Notes under the pieces: generated by a model
Databases searched by the model: none
The model's input: the letters and a program-made list of their open reading frames with translations, nothing else
What the model was told of the DNA's origin: nothing
In this document: in pieces, positions 28,933 to 37,879 of the stretch
How positions within the stretch are numbered: the stretch's first letter is position 1
Layout: every line of letters begins with the position of its first letter
Program-made: the position numbers and the translations under genes
Assembly (NCBI GenBank): GCA_963764715.1
Contig: CAVXTP010000022.1
Coordinates: 275,735-339,734, forward strand
Origin: an uncultured Acidobacteriota bacterium
Lineage (GTDB): Bacteria > Acidobacteriota > Thermoanaerobaculia > UBA5066 > Gp7-AA6
Direction: 5' to 3'
Length of the DNA stretch: 64,000 nt

Positions 28933-29975
28933 CGCCCGTCGAGCGTTACCTCGCCGTGGAGATCGAGGCGGGCTCGTTTCCCGGGGCTTGCGCGCTCGTG
29001 GGCTCGGGCGAGCGCGTGCTCGCGGAGGCGGCCGCGGGGCGGGCCGCGGTCGAGCCCGAGCCCGTCGCGGCGACTCCCGCCACGCTCTTCGATCTCGCGA
29101 GCCTGACGAAGCCGCTGTGCGCCGCGGCGCTCGCGGCGGCGGCGGGGCGCGCGCTCCCGCTCGACGCTCCGCCGGGACGGTTCCTCCCGGAGTGGAAGTC
29201 CCTGCGGTTCGACGGCATCACGATCGAGCGGCTGCTCACCCACACGTCGGGGTTGGCGGCCTGGCTCCCGCTCTACGTCTTCGGCGAAGGTGCGGCCGCC
29301 TACCGCCGCACGCTCGCCGGCATCGAGCCAGAGGCCGCTCCCGGGGAGCGGGTCATCTACAGCGACCTGAACATCCTGCTGCTGACCGAGATCCTCGAGA
29401 GGATCTTTGCCGCCCCGATCGACCGGGCCTTCGAGGATCTCGTCGCCCGGCCGGCGGCGTCGGCCGCCGTCTTCCGCCCTTCGGACCCGGCCGCAACCGC
29501 CGCGACGGAACGCGCCGACCAATTCGAGCGGGCGATGGTCGCGTCCCGCGGCCTCGCGTACCCGCGATTCCGGGAGGGCGTCGTGCGGGGCGAGGTCCAC
29601 GACGGCAACGCGTTTCGCCGGGGCGGCGTCTCGGGACACGCCGGGCTCTTCGCGACGGCGCGGGACGTCTGGGCGCTCGCCCGTCCGTGGCTCGACCCGG
29701 CGCGGCGGGAGCTCACGCGCGACCGGACCCCCGAGCTCGCCGAGGCGAGGGGCCTCGGCTGGCAGGGGCGGCGGGGAGCGGGCTCGGCGATCCCCGCGAT
29801 GTCGGAGCAGAGCTTCGGCCACACCGGCTTCACCGGGACGTCGGTCTGGATCGATCCCGAGCGGGACCTCGTCGCGGTCCTGCTGACGAACCGGATCCAC
29901 CCGGAGGTCCGGGAGATCCCGTTCAACGAGGTCCGGCAGCGCTTTCACGAAGCCGTCTGGGAGGCGTTCGCCTGA
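28929..29975 (+). CDS. serine hydrolase, beta-lactamase/PBP4-like family (class C type)
   Basis: GTG start overlapping upstream stop (GTGA); S-x-x-K active site SLTKP; C-terminal HTGFTGTSVWIDPERDLVAVLLTN block. Confidence 0.75.
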   Translation: MTPVERYLAVEIEAGSFPGACALVGSGERVLAEAAAGRAAVEPEPVAATPATLFDLASLTKPLCAAALAAAAGRALPLDAPPGRFLPEWKSLRFDGITIERLLTHTSGLAAWLPLYVFGEGAAAYRRTLAGIEPEAAPGERVIYSDLNILLLTEILERIFAAPIDRAFEDLVARPAASAAVFRPSDPAATAATERADQFERAMVASRGLAYPRFREGVVRGEVHDGNAFRRGGVSGHAGLFATARDVWALARPWLDPARRELTRDRTPELAEARGLGWQGRRGAGSAIPAMSEQSFGHTGFTGTSVWIDPERDLVAVLLTNRIHPEVREIPFNEVRQRFHEAVWEAFA

Positions 29976-30016
29976 GGCCGGGGCCCCGCCGGCGCTGAGG
30001 TAAACTCGCCGGCTCT

Positions 30017-31201
30017 ATGGCGCAATCCAACGGCGTTTTCATCCTCGACGGGGCGCGGACCGCGATGGCGGAGTACAACGGCGCTTTCGCCGACGTCACG
30101 GCGATCGACCTCGGCGTCCACGCCGCCCGGGAGGCCCTGCGCCGCAGCGGCGTCGAGCCCGGGCAGATCGACCACGCGATCTTCGGCAACGCCCTGCAGA
30201 CCTCGGGCGACGCGATCTACGGCGCCCGGCACGTGGCGCTCAAGGCGGGCGTGCCGAAGGAGGTCCCGGCGCTGACCGTCAACCGCCTGTGCGGGTCCGG
30301 CTTCGAATCGATCGTGCAGGGGGCGCACCGCATTCTCCTCGGGGAGGCGAAGACGGTGCTCGCGGGCGGGATGGAGAACATGTCCCAGGCGCCGCACGTC
30401 ATCCGGGGCGCCCGCAAGGGCTTTCGGCTCGGCCAGGGGCAGCTCGAGGACTCGCTGATGGTCGCCCTGCTCGACTCCTACTGCGGCCTCTACATGGCCC
30501 AGACGTCCGACCGCGTGGCCGGCAAGTACGGCATCACCCGGGCCGCGCAGGACGCCTATGCGCTTTCCTCGCAGCAGCGGGCGGCCGCGGCCTGGGACTC
30601 CGGGCGCCTCGCCGAGGAGGTCGTCCCCGTCGAGGTCAAGGCCGGGCGCAAGACCGTCCGCGTCGAGCGGGACGATCACCTGCGTCCGGACTCGACGCTC
30701 GAGGGCCTCGCCGGATTGCCCCCGTCGTTCGGGAAGGACGGGTCGGTGACCGCGGGGAACGCCTCGGGCATCGTGGACGGCGCCGCGGCGGTGGTCGTCG
30801 CCTCGGAGGATGCGGCGCGCGGCCGGAAGCCGCTCGGCCGCCTCGTGTCCTGGGCGGTCGTCGGCGTGGAGCCGGAGCTGATGGGTCTCGGTCCGGCGCC
30901 GGCGGCGCGCGCGGCGATCCAGAGAGCGGGGCTGTCCCAGAACGACATCGGCCTCTGGGAGATCAACGAGGCCTTCGCCGGCCAGATCCTCGGCGTGGTC
31001 AAGGAGCTCGGGCTCGACCTCGAGAAGTTGAACGTCAACGGCGGAGCGATCGCGCTCGGCCATCCCCTGGCCGCGACGGGCACGCGCTGCACGCTGACCC
31101 TGCTGAAGGAGATGCGGCGCCGCGGCGTGCGTTACGGGCTGGCCGGCGCCTGCATCGGCGGCGGGCAGGGCATCGCCGTCGTCGTGGAGTCGGCCGCGTA
31201 G
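30017..31201 (+). CDS. acetyl-CoA C-acetyltransferase (thiolase II)
   Basis: 394 aa; catalytic Cys block VNRLCGSGFESI, C-terminal NVNGGAIALGHPLAATG and GLAGACIGGGQG. Confidence 0.9.
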   Translation: MAQSNGVFILDGARTAMAEYNGAFADVTAIDLGVHAAREALRRSGVEPGQIDHAIFGNALQTSGDAIYGARHVALKAGVPKEVPALTVNRLCGSGFESIVQGAHRILLGEAKTVLAGGMENMSQAPHVIRGARKGFRLGQGQLEDSLMVALLDSYCGLYMAQTSDRVAGKYGITRAAQDAYALSSQQRAAAAWDSGRLAEEVVPVEVKAGRKTVRVERDDHLRPDSTLEGLAGLPPSFGKDGSVTAGNASGIVDGAAAVVVASEDAARGRKPLGRLVSWAVVGVEPELMGLGPAPAARAAIQRAGLSQNDIGLWEINEAFAGQILGVVKELGLDLEKLNVNGGAIALGHPLAATGTRCTLTLLKEMRRRGVRYGLAGACIGGGQGIAVVVESAA

Positions 31202-31222
31202 TCGGCGAGCGGGGATCGGGCG

Positions 31223-31561
31223 ATGAACTGGACCGAGCGGATCCTCGAGTTCCCGGTGCGGGCGGCGGCGGTCGACGACTTCCTGCGGGACCTGCGGGCC
31301 CGGGGAGCCGGGGACCTGAACGCCGTCCTGACGACGTTGAACGAGGGCGGCCTGTGCCGGGAAGTCGTGCGCCGCTGGACCGAGAGCGGCTGGATTGTCG
31401 TCGCGCCGAACACGCCGCTGCTGGCCCTGACCGGCCCGGCCTTCGAGCCGGAGCTGACGCTCTCGGACTTCTGCAGCGACATCGAGATCCTGGAGACGCC
31501 GGCCCTCGCGGGCCCGGAGGCGTCGACGGGGGAGGGGACGGAGGACCATGGCGATTCGTAA
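31223..31561 (+). CDS. hypothetical protein (112 aa) inside thiolase/hbd operon
   Basis: G/C-biased third positions; 3' end overlaps hbd start. Confidence 0.45.
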   Translation: MNWTERILEFPVRAAAVDDFLRDLRARGAGDLNAVLTTLNEGGLCREVVRRWTESGWIVVAPNTPLLALTGPAFEPELTLSDFCSDIEILETPALAGPEASTGEGTEDHGDS

Positions 31562-32402
31562 GGTCGGTGTTCTCGGCGCGGGCCTCATGGGCTCGGGCAT
31601 CGCCGAGGTGTGCGTGAAAGCGGGCTACGACACGGTGGTCCGCGAGGTCAGCGACGAGCTCGTCAAGAAGGGGCTCTCGCGCATCGAGGGCTCGCTCGGA
31701 AAAGCCGTCGAGAAGGGCAAGCTTCCGGCGGCCGACCGCGACGCCGCCTGGAAGCGGCTCCACTCGACGACGAAGCTCGAGGACCTCGCCGATTGCGACC
31801 TCCTGATCGAGGCGATCGTCGAAAACCTCGACGTCAAGAAGGAGACGTACCGCGCGCTCGACGCGGCGTGCAAGCCGGAGACGATCTTCTGCTCCAACAC
31901 CTCGTCGCTGACGATCACCGAGATGTCCGCGGCGACCAAGCGACCGGACCGGTTCGCGGGACTCCACTTCTTCAACCCGGTCCCCGTGATGAAGCTCGTG
32001 GAGGTCGTCCGCACGATCGCGACGTCCGAGGAGACCTTCGCGACGGTCTTCGAGTTCGCGAAGTCGCTCGGCAAGGAGCCGATCCGTACGCACGACAACT
32101 CCGGCTTCATCGTCAACCGTCTCCTCGTCCCGTACCTGCTGGACGCGGTCCGGGCCCTCGAGGAGGGCGTCGGCTCGCGCGAGGACATCGACAAGGGCAT
32201 GGAGCTCGGCTGCGGCCACCCGATGGGGCCGCTGAAGCTCCTCGACTTCGTCGGTCTCGACACGACCTACGCGATCGCCGAGATCATGTTTGCCGAGTAC
32301 CGGGAGAAGCGCTTCGCGCCGCCCCCGCTGCTGAAGCGCATGGTCCTCGCCGGGCGCTACGGGAAGAAATCCGGGCGAGGCTTCTACGAGTACGGAGGGT
32401 AA
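31548..32402 (+). CDS. hbd: 3-hydroxybutyryl-CoA dehydrogenase (3-hydroxyacyl-CoA dehydrogenase, NAD-binding)
   Basis: VGVLGAGLMGSGIAEV Rossmann; HFFNPVPVMKLVEVV; GFIVNRLL. Confidence 0.9.
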   Translation: MAIRKVGVLGAGLMGSGIAEVCVKAGYDTVVREVSDELVKKGLSRIEGSLGKAVEKGKLPAADRDAAWKRLHSTTKLEDLADCDLLIEAIVENLDVKKETYRALDAACKPETIFCSNTSSLTITEMSAATKRPDRFAGLHFFNPVPVMKLVEVVRTIATSEETFATVFEFAKSLGKEPIRTHDNSGFIVNRLLVPYLLDAVRALEEGVGSREDIDKGMELGCGHPMGPLKLLDFVGLDTTYAIAEIMFAEYREKRFAPPPLLKRMVLAGRYGKKSGRGFYEYGG

Positions 32403-32403
32403 C

Positions 32404-33183
32404 GTGAGCGACTTCGTTCTCGTCGAGACTTCGGACCGCGTCCGCACGCTGACCATCAACCGGCCGGACAAACTGAACGCGCTGAACGCGGAGGTCATGG
32501 CGGCCCTCGACGGCGCGCTCGACGCGGCCCGGGACGACACCTCGGTCGGCGTGGTGATCATCACGGGCTCGGGCGAGAAGTCCTTCATCGCGGGCGCCGA
32601 CATCGGCGAGCTCTCGAAGCTCACGCCCGTGGAGGGCCGGGAGCACGCGCGCCGGGGCCAGGCCGTCCTCGCGAAAATCGAGGCGCTCGGCAAGCCCGTC
32701 ATCGCCGCCGTCAACGGCTACGCGCTCGGCGGGGGATGCGAGCTCGCGCTCGCCTGCACGATCCGGATCGCCTCCGAGAACGCGCGCTTCGGACAGCCCG
32801 AGGTGAAGCTCGGAATCCTGCCGGGCTACGGCGGCTCGCAGCGGCTGGCCCGCATCGTCGGCGAGGGCCGGGCGATGCAGCTCTGCCTGACGGCCGAGCC
32901 GATCGACGCGGCGGAGGCCTGGCGGATCGGGCTCGTCAACAAGGTCGTCCCCCCGGGCGAGGCGGTCGCGGCCGCCCGCGCCATGGCCGCGCAGATCCTC
33001 GCGAACGGCCCGGTCGCCTGCCGGTACGTTCTCGAGGCGGTCCACCGCGGCCTCGACCTGCCCCTTCCCGACGGCCTCCTGCTCGAGGCCACGCTCTTCG
33101 GGCTCTGCGCCGCCACCTCCGACATGAGGGAGGGGATGACCGCGTTCCTCGAGAAGCGGCCGGCGCGGTTCACGGGGAAGTAG
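32404..33183 (+). CDS. enoyl-CoA hydratase (crotonase)
   Basis: GTG start; oxyanion-hole and catalytic blocks FIAGADI and NGYALGGGCELALACTIRIAS. Confidence 0.85.
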   Translation: MSDFVLVETSDRVRTLTINRPDKLNALNAEVMAALDGALDAARDDTSVGVVIITGSGEKSFIAGADIGELSKLTPVEGREHARRGQAVLAKIEALGKPVIAAVNGYALGGGCELALACTIRIASENARFGQPEVKLGILPGYGGSQRLARIVGEGRAMQLCLTAEPIDAAEAWRIGLVNKVVPPGEAVAAARAMAAQILANGPVACRYVLEAVHRGLDLPLPDGLLLEATLFGLCAATSDMREGMTAFLEKRPARFTGK

Positions 33184-33192
33184 GAGCGCGGC

Positions 33193-34365
33193 ATGGGCAT
33201 CGAGCTCGTCAGCGCCTGTGTGTTCTGCGCCGGGATGCTCCTCGGGATGGACCTGTCGCCCCGCCCTGGCCTCGGGGGGGAGCTCGGCTTCTCCTACTCG
33301 ACGCTCGCCCGGCGCTACGACATCGGAACCACCGTCGACACCTCGGACGTCACGCCGAAATTCGTCCTCGCCGGCATGGGCTTCGCGCGCTTCGCGCCGG
33401 ACGGACTCGGCGCCGGGACGCCGGAGTTCGAGTGGAGGGCCCGGGTGGCGTTCGGAACGTCCCACGACGAGCAGCAGCGGCTGGAGCAGCCGCAGCTCGG
33501 CCTCCCGCAGGTGCTCTCCAACGGGACCGGGCGCGCCGAGAACTTCGCCCTGCTCCTGCGGCTCCCGGTGACGAAGGCGGACTCGGTGGAGCTCGCCGGC
33601 GAGGGCCGGAACAACCGGTCGACCGACGTCATCAACATCGGCGGCGAGAACCAGGAGCTCACCGAGGCCCGGGACCTCTCGTCCCAGCGGATCGACGTCG
33701 CGGCCGGCTGGCGTCATCGCTGGCCGGGCCTCGAGGCCGCGGCGGCCTTCCGCTGGACGAAGCCGTCGGGCTACAACGCGACGGCCGGATCCTTCCAGGA
33801 CGCCTCCGGACCGATCTACGGCGGCGAGGGCGAGGTCCGCTGGAAGCCCGGTCCGTGGACCTTCGTCGCCCACGCGGAGTACATGAGCGGGAACATCGAC
33901 GTCCACCGGGAGAGCCTGCCCGACTTCCATGACCGCGACTCCGAGCTCAAGGCCGCGCTCCAGGCCTACCGGCTCTCGGCCGGCTACTCCTGGACGTGCT
34001 CGGACCTGATGCTTTCGGCGACGTACGAACGGCAGCAGCTCCCGTACGTCTCGCTCGCCGTTCTCGGGACGGAGACGGTGGCGTTCGACGGAGGCTACGA
34101 TCCTTACTCCGACAACGAGGAGGTCTACTGGGACCTCGCCTTCCGGTACGCCTTCAGCCCGGCGATCCGGGCGCGCATCGGCGCCCGACTGGCCTGGGGC
34201 GACGAGACCGTGACCCTGACCGACTCGGGCGGCGTGCGGCCGACCCGGATCCTCGACGTGGCGCGCCGCGGCATCTTCGGCGGGAGCCTCTCCGATCCCC
34301 TCGGATCGCCCGAGTTCGCCTTCTTCATCGGCGCGGACTTCTCGATCGGCGCGCCGAAGCCGTGA
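33193..34365 (+). CDS. hypothetical protein, possibly outer-membrane beta-barrel
   Basis: 390 aa; Gly/Tyr/Ser-rich alternating pattern; function not recognised. Confidence 0.45.
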   Translation: MGIELVSACVFCAGMLLGMDLSPRPGLGGELGFSYSTLARRYDIGTTVDTSDVTPKFVLAGMGFARFAPDGLGAGTPEFEWRARVAFGTSHDEQQRLEQPQLGLPQVLSNGTGRAENFALLLRLPVTKADSVELAGEGRNNRSTDVINIGGENQELTEARDLSSQRIDVAAGWRHRWPGLEAAAAFRWTKPSGYNATAGSFQDASGPIYGGEGEVRWKPGPWTFVAHAEYMSGNIDVHRESLPDFHDRDSELKAALQAYRLSAGYSWTCSDLMLSATYERQQLPYVSLAVLGTETVAFDGGYDPYSDNEEVYWDLAFRYAFSPAIRARIGARLAWGDETVTLTDSGGVRPTRILDVARRGIFGGSLSDPLGSPEFAFFIGADFSIGAPKP

Positions 34366-34403
34366 GCCCTCCCGGTGCTAAACTCGGTGCGGGAGAAGAC
34401 CTC

Positions 34404-35657
34404 TTGAACCCGCCGGACTCCGACCTCATCTACGACTGGAACCGCGCCGGCGGCGCGGTTTCCCCGAAGCGCGGCCGGGTCGAGATCGACGACGAGACAC
34501 TCCGGGACGGCCTCCAGTCCCCCTCGGTCAAGAGCCCCTCGATCGACCAGAAGATCCGGATCCTGCACCTGATGGAGTCGCTCGGGATCGACTCCGCGGA
34601 CATCGGTTTGCCGGGGGCCGGCCCCCACGTCGTCGACACGGTGACGCGCCTCGCCCAGGAGATCGTCATCGGCAAGATGAAGATCCGGCCCAACTGCGCG
34701 GCACGGACCGTGGCGGCGGACATCCTGCCGATCATCGAAATCTCGCAGAAGGTCGGGATCCCGATCGAGGTCTCGTGCTTCATCGGGTCTTCGCCGATCC
34801 GCCAGTACGCCGAGGACTGGGACTTCGAGCGGATGCTCCGCCTGTCCGAGGACGCGGTGGCCCTCGCCGTGCGGGAGGGCCTACCGGTCATGTACGTCAC
34901 CGAGGACACGACGCGCGCGCACCCCGACCACGTCCGCGCGATGTACACGACGGCCATGCGGGCCGGCGCCGGACGGATCTGCGTCTGCGACACCGTCGGG
35001 CACGCGACGCCGAACGGGGTCCGCAACCTCGTCGCCTTCGTCTGCCAGCTCGTCGAGGAAGTGAGCCCGTCCGTCAAGGTCGACTGGCACGGCCACCAGG
35101 ACCGGGGCCTCGGCGTCACGAACGCCCTCTGGGCCCTGGAGGCCGGAGCGCACCGCGTCCACGCCTGCGCTCTCGGGATCGGGGAGCGCGTCGGGAACAC
35201 GCCGATGGACCAGCTGCTCGTCAACCTGCAGCTGCTCGGCTGGATCGACCGCGACCTGACCCGGCTCAACGACTACTGCGCGGCGGTCTCCGAAGCGACC
35301 GGCGTGCCGATCCCCGACAACTACCCGGTCGTCGGCCGGGACGCATTTCGCACCGGGACCGGCGTCCACGCCGCGGCCATCATCAAGGCCCGCAAGAAGG
35401 GCGACGAGTGGCTGGCGGACCGCGTCTACTCGGGCGTCCCCGCCTCGATGGTCGGACGCCACCAGGTGATCGAGGTCGGGCCCATGAGCGGCCTCTCGAA
35501 CGTCCAGTGCTGGCTGGAGAGCCGGGGAATCGAGGCCCGGCCGGACCTCGTCGACGCGATCTTCCGCCTCGCCAAGGAGAGCGACCACATCCTCGGCGAC
35601 GCCGAGATCCTCGACGTCGTGCAGCGGCTGACTCCGGAAACCGCGCCGCTGCGGTAG
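34404..35657 (+). CDS. DRE-TIM metallolyase, 2-isopropylmalate/homocitrate/citramalate synthase family (catalytic domain only)
   Basis: LRDGLQS and HGHQDRGLGVTNALWALEAGA blocks; proposed TTG start with GGGAG RBS. Confidence 0.7.
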   Translation: MNPPDSDLIYDWNRAGGAVSPKRGRVEIDDETLRDGLQSPSVKSPSIDQKIRILHLMESLGIDSADIGLPGAGPHVVDTVTRLAQEIVIGKMKIRPNCAARTVAADILPIIEISQKVGIPIEVSCFIGSSPIRQYAEDWDFERMLRLSEDAVALAVREGLPVMYVTEDTTRAHPDHVRAMYTTAMRAGAGRICVCDTVGHATPNGVRNLVAFVCQLVEEVSPSVKVDWHGHQDRGLGVTNALWALEAGAHRVHACALGIGERVGNTPMDQLLVNLQLLGWIDRDLTRLNDYCAAVSEATGVPIPDNYPVVGRDAFRTGTGVHAAAIIKARKKGDEWLADRVYSGVPASMVGRHQVIEVGPMSGLSNVQCWLESRGIEARPDLVDAIFRLAKESDHILGDAEILDVVQRLTPETAPLR

Positions 35658-35666
35658 GGGCGCCGC

Positions 35667-36644
35667 CTGCGCCGCGCGAACCGGAAGGGAAAGTCGGACG
35701 AGCCGGCGGCGGCGGCCCGCTCGTCGCGCTTTCTCGAACGCGACCTCCCGACCTACCTCGACCACCTGTCCGTCGAGAGGGGCCTTTCGCCCGCGAGCGT
35801 CGCGGCGTACCGCGGCGACCTGACGGCCTTCGGCGAGTTCCTCGCGGGGCGGCGGGTCGAGGCCGCGCGGGCTTCGCGCGCCGACCTGGGGCGTTACCTG
35901 GCGCACCTGCGGGCCCGCGACCTTTCGTCGCGCTCGACCTCGCGCGCGCTGTCCGCGATCCGCGGCTTCTTCGCGTTCGCCGCCGCGCACCTCGGCTTTC
36001 CGGAGGACCCGACGGCCGACCTCGCCAATCCGCGCATCGGGCGGGCGCTTCCGAAGAGCATCGGGGAAAGTGAGGTCGAGGCGCTGCTCGCGGCGCCCGA
36101 CGTGCGGGGCCCCCTCGGCCTGCGCGACCGCGCGATGCTCGAGCTCCTCTACGCCTCGGGGCTCCGCGTGTCGGAGATCGTGAACCTGCCGCGCGAGGCC
36201 ATCGACCTCGAGGCCGGGATCCTTCGGGTGACGGGCAAGGGCGGCAAGGAGCGGCTCGTCCCCTTCGGCCGCTCGGCCGCGCGCTGGCTCGCGCGGTACC
36301 TCGAGGCCGCGCGGCCGCCGCTCGACCGGCGCCGCTCCGCGCACCTCTTCCTTTCGTCGCGGGGCGCGGCGATGACCCGCCAGCGCTTCTGGCAGCTCAT
36401 CGAGGCCTACGGCCGCAAGGCCGGGATCCGCACGCGCCTGACGCCCCACGTTCTCCGCCATGCCTTTGCCACGCACCTGCTGGAGCACGGCGCGGACCTC
36501 CGCGCCCTCCAGATGATGCTGGGCCACGCCGACATCGCCACGACCCAGATCTACACGAGCGTCTCCCGCGGCCGGCTCCGCCGGGTTTACGACGAGTTCC
36601 ACCCCCGGGCGAAGGGCCGGGGTCGTGCGAAGATGGGGCGGTGA
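35667..36644 (+). CDS. xerD: site-specific tyrosine recombinase XerD/XerC family; N-terminal core-binding domain lacks a canonical in-frame start (CTG at 35667 proposed)
   Basis: C-terminal catalytic R..HxxR..Y (LRHAFATHLLEHGADLRALQMMLGHADIATTQIYT); N-terminal FLERDLPTYLDHLSVERGLSPASVAAYRGDL is in the same frame straight after the upstream TAG, with no ATG/GTG/TTG before 36102. Confidence 0.7.
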   Translation: MRRANRKGKSDEPAAAARSSRFLERDLPTYLDHLSVERGLSPASVAAYRGDLTAFGEFLAGRRVEAARASRADLGRYLAHLRARDLSSRSTSRALSAIRGFFAFAAAHLGFPEDPTADLANPRIGRALPKSIGESEVEALLAAPDVRGPLGLRDRAMLELLYASGLRVSEIVNLPREAIDLEAGILRVTGKGGKERLVPFGRSAARWLARYLEAARPPLDRRRSAHLFLSSRGAAMTRQRFWQLIEAYGRKAGIRTRLTPHVLRHAFATHLLEHGADLRALQMMLGHADIATTQIYTSVSRGRLRRVYDEFHPRAKGRGRAKMGR

Positions 36645-36700
36645 CGACCCGGTCCAGAACGGCGGAATGTAGCGGCCCGAGGGCCTGTTCTGCGTGGGGC

Positions 36701-37471
36701 ATGCCCTCCCTTCGCCTCCGCTGGGTCGCCGTGTGTCTCGGCGGCCTCCTCGGGGCGGGGTCGGCCGCACGGGCCGAGCTCATCGTCTTCGAGGACGGGC
36801 GGGTCGTGAAGGCCGCGGGTTTCGAGCTCCATTCGGACGAGCTCGAGATCCGGCTCCCCGGCGGCGGGAGCTACCGCGTCGACCTCGCGCGGGTGGACCG
36901 CATCGTCGATGACGAGGTCGTCGTGGATGCGGTCGTGGTCGAGCCGAGCGCCCTCGAGGCCGGCGGAGCCTTCGACATCTCGTACCGGCCCGAGCGCAAG
37001 CCCCTCTTCTCGACGCCCTACGACGCGCTCATCGAGCGGGAGGCGAAGGCCTTCGACATCGACGCGGCCCTCGTCTCCGCGCTCATCCGGGCCGAGTCCA
37101 ACTACGAGCCGCGCGCCGTCTCGCGCAAGGGCGCGCGCGGCCTGATGCAGCTGATGCCGGCGACCGCGCGGAGACTCTCGGTGCAGAAGCCCTTCGACCC
37201 CTCCGCGAACGTGAAGGGCGGCGTCCGCTACCTCCGGGAGCTCGTCGACCGTTTCGGTCCGCGTCCCGACCTGGTGCTGGCGGCGTACAACGCGGGCGAG
37301 GGGGCCGTCGTGGCGTATGGCGGCGTGCCGCCGTACCGGGAGACGGTGGCCTACGTCAACCGCATCCTCCGCTGGGCCCAGCCGGTGCCGAACGCCGGCG
37401 CGACGCGCCCCGGGAATTCCCCCGCCGCCCCGGCTTCGAGCGCCGGAACGACCCTCGAGACGCGCAACTAG
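36701..37471 (+). CDS. lytic transglycosylase (SLT domain), secreted
   Basis: Signal peptide; ES..E catalytic block AESNYEPRAVSRKGARGLMQLMP and AYNAG. Confidence 0.8.
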   Translation: MPSLRLRWVAVCLGGLLGAGSAARAELIVFEDGRVVKAAGFELHSDELEIRLPGGGSYRVDLARVDRIVDDEVVVDAVVVEPSALEAGGAFDISYRPERKPLFSTPYDALIEREAKAFDIDAALVSALIRAESNYEPRAVSRKGARGLMQLMPATARRLSVQKPFDPSANVKGGVRYLRELVDRFGPRPDLVLAAYNAGEGAVVAYGGVPPYRETVAYVNRILRWAQPVPNAGATRPGNSPAAPASSAGTTLETRN

Positions 37472-37480
37472 AGCGGCGGC

Positions 37481-37831
37481 TCAGTCCGCGGGGGCGATCG
37501 ACTCGACGAAGATCGTGTCGCCCTCGACCCGTCCCTCGATCCGCACGCGCCGGGCGGCGAACTCCGCGGGCGCGTCCTGATCGTCGAGCTGGTAGAACTT
37601 CGTCGTGGCGACGTCGATGAAGCCGTAGGGCGCGCCCTTCGCGACGCACTTGAGCGTGCACTCGCGGTCGTCCCGCCCCATCCCGCCCCGGGCGATCATC
37701 GGAGCGTGGTACGGGCCGCACTCCGCGTCGGTGATCCAGCCGAGGAAGGTCTCGGCGGCGGCCGGCGCGGCGGTGGCCAGGGCCAGGGCCAGGGCGACGG
37801 CGGCGAGGAGGATCGAGCGCTTCATCGACAT
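37481..37831 (-). CDS. small secreted Cys-containing hypothetical protein
   Basis: Signal peptide MKRSILLAAVALALALATAAPAAA; 4 Cys. Confidence 0.5.
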   Translation of the reverse strand: MSMKRSILLAAVALALALATAAPAAAETFLGWITDAECGPYHAPMIARGGMGRDDRECTLKCVAKGAPYGFIDVATTKFYQLDDQDAPAEFAARRVRIEGRVEGDTIFVESIAPAD

Positions 37832-37879
37832 TCGTTGGATGCCGCCGGGTGGCGGACGATACATGGCCGATCGCCGTCG

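Noticed and set aside
34775-36073. 432-aa plus-strand ORF overlapping the LeuA-like and xerD genes
   Set aside because: It is a frame-shifted alternative of two well-supported genes; Arg/Pro/Gly-rich.
35658-36647. Possible phage or ICE integrase (mobile element)
   Set aside because: The recombinase is XerD/XerC-like (chromosome dimer resolution type), with no flanking tRNA, direct repeats or phage genes; it is treated as chromosomal xerD.
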